From positions 1-64,000 of the forward strand of contig CAVTBV010000004.1 of NCBI GenBank assembly GCA_963733095.1: DNA of 64,000 bases. The letters run 5' to 3'. This DNA comes from Candidatus Bathyarchaeota archaeon. Lineage in GTDB: Archaea; Thermoproteota; Bathyarchaeia; Bathyarchaeales; Bathycorpusculaceae. The position numbers were made by a program, and so were the translations under genes. The first letter of the stretch is position 1; every line of letters starts with the position of its first letter. Positions 57,239 to 64,000 of this stretch are shown in pieces. The notes below the pieces were generated by a model, which worked only from the letters and a program-made list of their open reading frames with translations, was not told where the DNA came from and searched no databases.

Positions 57239-57469
57239 CTATGGTTTTTGGAAGATTGTGTAGCCATCTGCTGTTACTGTGGTCATTAATCCCCGGTCAT
57301 TGACGATCTTATCGAAGCAGCCTCTTTCGTTTTCATCGTCCCATTTGATACTTAAGCTCCATCTTCCTTGCTTAAGGCTTGGCATGAGGGAGACAACCGG
57401 CGAGAAACGCATCGATTCGCATACAACCATCAATTCCTTCAGCAATGAAAGCACTTCGTCTCTTTTCAT
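57239..57469 (-). CDS. Hypothetical protein, 76 aa
   Basis: ATG-started ORF with protein-like composition. Confidence 0.6.
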   Translation of the reverse strand: MKRDEVLSLLKELMVVCESMRFSPVVSLMPSLKQGRWSLSIKWDDENERGCFDKIVNDRGLMTTVTADGYTIFQKP

Positions 57470-57550
57470 AGTTTCAACTCAGGGGATTATATGTTCGATA
57501 GCTTACAAGTTTGATTTAAGGCTTATTCAGAAAAAACGAAAAAATATGTT

Positions 57551-58657
57551 TCAAAGGGTGTTTTGGAAAAAGCTCGTCAGTGATTTCTGCCTTGGCTCAT
57601 CCTTGCTAAAACCCGAAACTTTAACGCCGACTCTGCGTACTTCAAGCGTGGATTCGGCCAAAAATCTCTCAAAAAGAAACTTGACGTTTCGAGTTATTGT
57701 TTCTTTATCTTTTGCGGGTTGCTCAAGCGTTATCAAGCGACTTTTGCTGCTCAAATCGGCGTTAACCACATAAATTGAAACTGTCTTAAAACTTAAGCCT
57801 TTCTCAGAAACTTCCCGGTAGACAGGCTCGACTAGTTCATAGGTTTTCTGCAAAATAAACTTTAAATCATGTGTGTCCTGCTTTAGTGTGCCGATTCTGC
57901 TTATGGATTCCGCTTCACCCTGCTCGATGACGGGTTCGTTGTCTATGGCGTTTGAGGCGTTATGAAAGTAGAGGCCGAGACTTTTGCCAAATATGCTGAT
58001 GAGCCCCTGAACATCGTACTCAGCCAATTCACCTATCGTTTTTACACCCATCTGCTCCATCTTGACCGACGTCTTTTTCCCGACCCCCAGCAAGCAATCA
58101 ACAGACAAGGGCATAAGGAAAACTTGAGCTTCTTCAGGTTTAACTATTGTTAAGCCGTCGGGTTTTTGGCTGTCACACGCAATCTTTGCGATAAGCTTGT
58201 TGGGTCCAACACCGATCGAAAAAGATATGCCAACTTCTGCTTTCACATCAGCTTTGATTTTTTGTGCATAGTCTCTTGCTTTCTCAAAATTGCCTTCAAC
58301 TTGTTCAGTAACATCCAAGTACGCTTCGTCCACGCTGACTTGCTCAAGACTGGTTGCGTAGCTGCGGAATATCTGCATTATACGGTCGCTGATTTGATCA
58401 TAATAATCGTGGTCTACAGGGAAGAAAACTGCATCGGTGCCCTCCAACTTGCGTTTAGCCATGAATAGGGGCATGCCAGATTTGACGCCATATTTGCGGG
58501 CGATGTAGTTGCTGGTGCTTACAGCGCCACTTTCCTCTGTGCGACCAGAATAGACGCCTACGACGATGGGTTTATCCTTAGAGGCTGGGTTGCGCAGTTC
58601 CTCGCATTGAGCAAAAAAATAATCGAAGTCAGCCAGCATAATTACCCGATTTTGCAT
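57551..58657 (-). CDS. dinB: Y-family DNA polymerase IV (DinB/Dpo4)
   Basis: DFDYFFAQ.E, NY.AR..GV.SGM, SVDEAYLD, NKLIAK, KPDG, R.VGV. Confidence 0.95.
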   Translation of the reverse strand: MQNRVIMLADFDYFFAQCEELRNPASKDKPIVVGVYSGRTEESGAVSTSNYIARKYGVKSGMPLFMAKRKLEGTDAVFFPVDHDYYDQISDRIMQIFRSYATSLEQVSVDEAYLDVTEQVEGNFEKARDYAQKIKADVKAEVGISFSIGVGPNKLIAKIACDSQKPDGLTIVKPEEAQVFLMPLSVDCLLGVGKKTSVKMEQMGVKTIGELAEYDVQGLISIFGKSLGLYFHNASNAIDNEPVIEQGEAESISRIGTLKQDTHDLKFILQKTYELVEPVYREVSEKGLSFKTVSIYVVNADLSSKSRLITLEQPAKDKETITRNVKFLFERFLAESTLEVRRVGVKVSGFSKDEPRQKSLTSFFQNTL

Positions 58658-59532
58658 TGCTCATCCTCCTTTACCTTGGGCATAAGCCATGACCCATCAC
58701 ACACCGCCGTGCTTAAACCATGTAGACCTTCGCGGCAAACCCCAAACTGCAACCCCCTTGCCAACGCCACATCCCTCACACCCTTTAGGAGCTTATAGCG
58801 GAAATCTTTAGGAAGCAACGCGCTTCCCCCGACTTTTTCACCCTCTTGGAAATACAACGGCTTTAGCTGCTCCATCACCCGGGGCAAAGCTTGGCTTAAA
58901 CGCGCCCAATTGTCGGATTTGGCTTTGTAAGTCGAGCATGTTATATGTTTGACACCGATTTCTGCAAGGGTTTTGATGAGTTTTTGGGGTTGGTCGTTAA
59001 CGGTGGGAATAATTGGGTCGATACGAACTGAGACAGGTACGCCTGCTTTAATCAAGTCTTGGGCAGCGCGTAGCCTTTGAGAAGGTGTCGGCGCTTTGGG
59101 TTCGATGGCGCTAGCTATAACCTCGTTGTCAGTGGTTATGGTTAGAGCCACTGTTGCGGGAATCTTGCTTAGAATGTCGTCATCTCGAGCTACGATGTTG
59201 CTTTTAGTTATGATTTGAACTTTACAGTTGCACTCTGCCAAAACTTCAAGACATCGCCTAGTTAATCCTTCTGAGGCTTCGATCCGGGGGTAGGGGTCAG
59301 AGGAGTTTGCAATGGATATGGTTTCGCCTCTAAGTTTTGTTGCTTCCCGCCTTAAAGTGGCAAGTAGGTCTTTTTTTGGGTGGCAAACCTTGAAGTTCGG
59401 AATGTAGCTTGACGCGTAGCAGTAGGTGCATTGGTGGTCGCATCCCGTATAGGGGTTAAACGTTAGTTTATTTGGGCATGTGCAGAGGCCAGAGCGCCAA
59501 GGGTCAAAGCTTGAGATTAGAGGCACTAACAT
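58642..59532 (-). CDS. SplB-like radical SAM protein
   Basis: NPYTGCDHQCTYCYA, SDPY, ITKS, R.DPIIP; overlaps the dinB start. Confidence 0.82.
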   Translation of the reverse strand: MLVPLISSFDPWRSGLCTCPNKLTFNPYTGCDHQCTYCYASSYIPNFKVCHPKKDLLATLRREATKLRGETISIANSSDPYPRIEASEGLTRRCLEVLAECNCKVQIITKSNIVARDDDILSKIPATVALTITTDNEVIASAIEPKAPTPSQRLRAAQDLIKAGVPVSVRIDPIIPTVNDQPQKLIKTLAEIGVKHITCSTYKAKSDNWARLSQALPRVMEQLKPLYFQEGEKVGGSALLPKDFRYKLLKGVRDVALARGLQFGVCREGLHGLSTAVCDGSWLMPKVKEDEQCKIG

Positions 59533-59736
59533 TCACTTATGAATAGATGTGCCGTGGGCAAACAAAAAGTATTCGCACAATCCACCTATTTAGATCCTAC
59601 TATTGGTTCATTGCAGAAACGATAGGGGTAGGTTTATTGGCTGAAAACAAGTGTAACGTCATTTTTAAAAACATAGTTATCTTACGACAAAGAAAATTAA
59701 CATGTAGTTGTTTTATTTCAGAGATGATTTCAGCTA

Positions 59737-60356
59737 TGGTTCTAAAGAACGTCTCGCTTTCTTCGCTTTAGTCCTCATCTCTACCTAGCAGTCTCTGTAG
59801 TCGCCTTCAACAATATCTATATTGGTCCTTCAACTTAGCCGCACGTTTATTTGCCCTAAACGTTTTCATCGCTTTAAGCATCGATGCTATTATATCCCGT
59901 TCATAAAGGAAATTACATTTTTCTTCAGAAAATCCTTCATAAGCGTGCATCATTATTTCGCCGAAGTTGGGTTGTTGCTCATAACCTTGCACCCGATTGT
60001 CGTAGTAATTCTAACGTTAAACCCGATGCTTCTTTTGCCAGACTTTAGCCCCTTCTACCATTTCCAGTTCTACGGCGCAGCATAGTACTGCTCGCAGTTT
60101 ACATCGCATTTGACCCGGTGCATTTTGAAAAAAATTAATTCTAATTGGCGCCTTTTCCACTCGCTAATGTACGTGGCGCTACTTTTCGGTGTGGTTCAGG
60201 CTAACCTTGCAGATTAGCTCTTCAAAAGTCTTTCTTATGGTTATTTATGATGTGTTGTTTGCGGGTGTGCTGGTGGCGTTTGGTTTGAAACGTTTGCAGT
60301 TCTACCGAATTAACGCACGCAAAACAAAATGGTTAACCATGGAAAACAAATCTTGA
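59737..60356 (+). pseudogene. Degraded ferric-reductase-like transmembrane (heme b) protein
   Basis: Fragments in different frames: NLAARLFALN, SFISVHHYF..GL..ITLHP, WRLFHSLMY.AL.FG, IYD.LF...GLKRLQ. Confidence 0.62.
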
Positions 60357-60380
60357 CTATCCTGCAAGTTGAAGAAACGC

Positions 60381-60421
60381 CTGAATTAAACTAGTTTTTA
60401 GAAAAAACTTAATTAATTCAG
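60381..60421. promoter_or_regulatory. 41-bp imperfect palindrome upstream of uvrB
   Basis: CTGAATTAA.../...TTAATTCAG outer arms and AGTTTTT/AAAAACT inner arms; 16 of 20 positions pair. Confidence 0.45.
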
Positions 60422-60459
60422 TCTATTTGGTCATTTATAGTCGTTTATGGGGAAGCAAA

Positions 60460-62409
60460 GTGCAATTCGAACTTGTAGCGCCATTTCAAATCTCTCCTGG
60501 ACAGCAAACTGCGGTAGAGGAGCTTGTGAAAAATTTTTCCACAAAACCCAAGCAAACACTCTTGGGCATCACGGGCAGCGGCAAAACCTTTGTTATGGCG
60601 AACGTAATCAACAAACTCCAAAAATCAACTCTAATCATCGCTCACAACAAAACGTTGGCTGCGCAGCTTTATGCGGAGTTAAAAGAGCTTTTTCCTCATA
60701 ATCGTGTGGAGTATTTCATCAGTTTTTATGATTATTATCAGCCTGAATCGTATTTGCCCGCTCAAGACATGTACATCGAAAAAGACTCCACCGTCAACGA
60801 GCAGATAGAGAAGATGCGCATGCATGCGGTTTCGAGCATTGTTAGCCGAAATGACACGATCATCGTGGCGAGTATAAGTTGCATCTACAGCTTAGGCAAC
60901 CCCGACGACTTCCGAACTATGGCTGCTGACCTCGAGGTCGGAAAGCAAATTTCGCGGCAACAGCTCATCCGTGAACTTGTAGATATGCAGTATGAACGTA
61001 ACGATATGGTTCTTGAGCCCGGCAGGTTCCGCGTGCGCGGCGACACAGTGGATGTTGTGCCTTCTTACGAGAACGAAATTCTGCGTGTGGAACTTGAAGG
61101 CAATGCAATTAGGAAAATAAAAGAGGTTAACCTGTTAAATGGTGATGTGAAGACTGCGCTCGACAAGTTTACGCTTTATCCTGCACGCCAGTATGTGGTA
61201 CCTGAAGAGAAGCATGCCTTGGCGCTGGAGCTTATCAAACAGGAATTGGAAGCGCGGTTGCCTAGTTTGCCTCCGCTTGAAGCCCACAGGCTCAAACAAC
61301 GTACCAACTATGACCTCGAGATGATAAAGGAAGTGGGGTTCTGTGCCGGCATGGAAAACTACAGTCGCCACTTCGATGGACGAAAACCCGGAGAACCTCC
61401 TTTTACGCTTATGGATTACTTCCCCAAAGATTACCTGCTAATAATCGACGAGAGCCATCAAACCATTCCGCAAGCCCGCGCCATGTACAACGGAGACTAC
61501 GCAAGAAAAAAGAATCTCGTCGACTTCGGCTTCCGGCTTCCAAGTGCTTTGGATAACCGACCGCTCATGTTTGATGAGTTTGAGAAGAAGATGGGCAAAG
61601 TCCTCTTCGTCTCCGCCACGCCAGCCGAATACGAACTGGAAAAAAGTGGTCCCCCAGTCGAATTAATCACCCGTCCCACTGGTCTTTTGGATCCTGAGGT
61701 TGAAATGCGACCAATCGAGGGGCAGATGCAGGATTTGATGGTAGAAGCCAAGAAAACCATTGAGCGTGGTGATCGCGTTTTAGTTACAACCTTGACTAAA
61801 CGGATGGCTGAAGACTTAGCGGACTACCTGTCGAAGGAGGGCTTCCGTGTTAGGTATATGCACTCCGAAATCGAAAGCCTTGACCGTATCGAACTTATAA
61901 GAGAACTACGCGTAGGTGATTTCGATATCCTTGTAGGAATCAACCTGCTTAGGGAAGGCTTGGACATCCCCGAAGTCTCAACCATATTCATCTTGGATGC
62001 AGATAAAGAAGGTTTTTTGCGTGACCAACGGAGCCTAATCCAGACTATAGGGCGAGCAGCACGAAACGTAAACGGGAAGGTTATTCTCTACGCCGACATT
62101 GAAACCCAATCGATAAGGCACGCAATCGAAACTACCTATTATCGCCGCAGATTACAGAAACGCTACAATCAGCAATACGGAATCACTCCAAAAACCATCG
62201 TCAAAGGCGTCTCTCACAAAGAAAGCATCATCAAAGGAGCCAAGCACCTGCCAAAATCAGACATAAAGCGACAAATAGTCGATTTAGATGCTCAGATGCG
62301 GGAAGCAGCGGAGAAGCTTAACTTTGAACGCGCTATTGAACTGCGCGATGCGATCGCAGAGCTCAATAAAGCACTGTCTCGTAAGCTGGAAAATGAACCT
62401 GTGCAGTAG
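60460..62409 (+). CDS. uvrB: Excinuclease ABC subunit B
   Basis: GITGSGKT, HNKTLAAQL, YDYYQPE, DESH, SATP, GINLLREGLD.PEVS, QTIGRAARN, C-terminal UVR coiled coil; GTG start. Confidence 0.97.
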   Translation: MQFELVAPFQISPGQQTAVEELVKNFSTKPKQTLLGITGSGKTFVMANVINKLQKSTLIIAHNKTLAAQLYAELKELFPHNRVEYFISFYDYYQPESYLPAQDMYIEKDSTVNEQIEKMRMHAVSSIVSRNDTIIVASISCIYSLGNPDDFRTMAADLEVGKQISRQQLIRELVDMQYERNDMVLEPGRFRVRGDTVDVVPSYENEILRVELEGNAIRKIKEVNLLNGDVKTALDKFTLYPARQYVVPEEKHALALELIKQELEARLPSLPPLEAHRLKQRTNYDLEMIKEVGFCAGMENYSRHFDGRKPGEPPFTLMDYFPKDYLLIIDESHQTIPQARAMYNGDYARKKNLVDFGFRLPSALDNRPLMFDEFEKKMGKVLFVSATPAEYELEKSGPPVELITRPTGLLDPEVEMRPIEGQMQDLMVEAKKTIERGDRVLVTTLTKRMAEDLADYLSKEGFRVRYMHSEIESLDRIELIRELRVGDFDILVGINLLREGLDIPEVSTIFILDADKEGFLRDQRSLIQTIGRAARNVNGKVILYADIETQSIRHAIETTYYRRRLQKRYNQQYGITPKTIVKGVSHKESIIKGAKHLPKSDIKRQIVDLDAQMREAAEKLNFERAIELRDAIAELNKALSRKLENEPVQ

Positions 62410-62496
62410 GAAAATTAAGGATTTAACGCAAAAAGGTTCTAATCTACCTGAATAAACTCTTACAAAATATAATCAGATTGAACTTTGGTTTAAATT

Positions 62497-64000
62497 ATGA
62501 GAGATAACGTTTCAATTAAGGGTGCACGGGAACACAACTTAAAAAACATCGATTTAGAGTTGCCCCGAAACAAGTTTATAGTGATTACTGGGCTTTCAGG
62601 CTCAGGAAAATCTACCCTTGCGTTTGACACGATTTACGCTGAAGGGCAGCGGCGGTATGTGGAGAGCCTAAGCGCTTATGCAAGGCAGTTTCTGGGACTT
62701 ATGGATAAGCCCGATGTGGATTCGATTGAAGGATTATCACCAGCAATCTCTATCGAACAAAAGAGCACCAGCAAGAATCCACGCTCAACTGTCGGTACAG
62801 TCACCGAAATCTATGATTACCTAAGGCTTCTCTTTGCCCGAATTGGGGTTCACCACTGCCCCAAATGCGGTAGCAGCATCCACCCGCAGAGTGCAGAAAA
62901 CATCACCAGCCTCATTGTGGCTGAAAAAGGAAAAACCCTCACCTTCTTAGCCCCAGTCATACGAGGCATGAAGGGAACACACGAACAGATTTTTGACGAC
63001 TTAAAAAAAGAAGGCTACACCAAGATTCGGGCTGACCAAAAAATCTACGAATCCGACTCAATCAAAGAAGAAGTCAAACTAGTGCGATATGAGAAGCACT
63101 GGATAGAAGCAGTAATCGACACTGTCACCATCAGCGACGAGGAACGCTCACGAATCGCTGAAGCCGTCGAAGGCGCCCTCAAAATGGGCAAAGGTACCAT
63201 GATTGTAATTGATGCGGCCAACGCGGATGCTGGTAAGAAAAAAGAGCTGGAACGTTTCGAAGGCGAAACCATGTACAGCACCTTTGGAGCCTGTCCAAAC
63301 CACCCCGAAATCGTCTTCGAAAGCCTCGAGCCCCGCATGTTCAGCTTTAACTCGCCGTTTGGCGCTTGCCCAACTTGCCACGGCTTAGGAGAAATCACTG
63401 AGGTTACCGCCGACAAAGTAATCCCTGACCCGTGTCTTTCCATAATGGATGGAGGTTTGGCAGTTTATAAGGGCACAATGGAACTGAGTTGGCGTGCCCA
63501 GCAGATCGCGATGGTGGGCAAAAAATACGGCTTCGACGTGTTCATGCCCCTTAAGGATTTCACTGAACAGCAGCTCCAAGTGCTCCTCTATGGCGACAAA
63601 GAACCCATTAACGGCAACTGGTCTAACGGCGCGAGCATGTGGATGCGTGACGGCTGGGAAGGCATTATCCCACAGACTATGCGTCTTTATCGGCAGACTG
63701 AGAGTGAATGGCGCAAAGAAGACATCGAAAAATTCATGACTTCCCGTCCCTGCGGAACATGCAAGGGCAAAAAACTCCAACCAGTCGTTCTCGCCGTAAA
63801 AGTCTTGGACAAAAGCATAATCGACATAACAGACCTCTCCATCGAAGAATCAGTTGACTTCTTCCGAGACTTGCCAGAGAGGTTAAACGAAAATGAATTG
63901 TTCATAGCCAAGCAGATTCTTAAAGAAATCAACGAGCGGCTCGGTTTTCTTAAGAACGTTGGTTTGGGTTACCTCTCGCTTTCTAGGGCTGCAAAGACTC
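62497..64000 (+). CDS. uvrA: Excinuclease ABC subunit A (partial, runs off the window end)
   Basis: [71 protein letters not shown]. Confidence 0.97.
   Translation, partial: MRDNVSIKGAREHNLKNIDLELPRNKFIVITGLSGSGKSTLAFDTIYAEGQRRYVESLSAYARQFLGLMDKPDVDSIEGLSPAISIEQKSTSKNPRSTVGTVTEIYDYLRLLFARIGVHHCPKCGSSIHPQSAENITSLIVAEKGKTLTFLAPVIRGMKGTHEQIFDDLKKEGYTKIRADQKIYESDSIKEEVKLVRYEKHWIEAVIDTVTISDEERSRIAEAVEGALKMGKGTMIVIDAANADAGKKKELERFEGETMYSTFGACPNHPEIVFESLEPRMFSFNSPFGACPTCHGLGEITEVTADKVIPDPCLSIMDGGLAVYKGTMELSWRAQQIAMVGKKYGFDVFMPLKDFTEQQLQVLLYGDKEPINGNWSNGASMWMRDGWEGIIPQTMRLYRQTESEWRKEDIEKFMTSRPCGTCKGKKLQPVVLAVKVLDKSIIDITDLSIEESVDFFRDLPERLNENELFIAKQILKEINERLGFLKNVGLGYLSLSRAAKT

Noticed and set aside
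63045-63932. Short ORFs listed near the window end
   Set aside because: Shadows of uvrA, which the track missed because it has no stop within the window.

Overview
Gene-dense archaeal chromosomal DNA, most likely Bathyarchaeia/TACK. This is inferred from RadA, a CdvA-like protein, a single-OB SSB, an EMC6-like protein, DUF35/HMG-CoA synthase, archaeal ValRS/MetRS and an MptN-like ligase. No intact mobile element, rRNA or CRISPR array was seen. Housekeeping content: tRNA-Lys(TTT), valS, metG, radA, rqcH, dinB, uvrB, partial uvrA, nadX and pncB. Transport and metabolism: a P3A H+-ATPase, a P1B metal ATPase, a NikMNQO-type ECF operon with two 28-bp NikR-like operators, a glucosyl/mannosylglycerate cluster, and a TPP riboswitch in front of thiT and a PurM/ThiL-fold gene. 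Best candidates for undescribed biology: (1) a CysRS paralog with a remodelled Zn/cysteine pocket and no anticodon-binding domain, co-transcribed with a peroxiredoxin; (2) a thiolase lacking its catalytic residues, upstream of an intact DUF35-HMG-CoA synthase fusion; (3) an uncalled 56-aa C8 RING-like microprotein; (4) the archaeal TPP riboswitch, with the SD inside the aptamer; (5) a CdvA-like protein with a ~590-aa acidic tail expanded by exact duplications. Several single-base frameshifts or nonsense codons may be assembly errors. All calls come from reading motifs by eye; no database searches were run.
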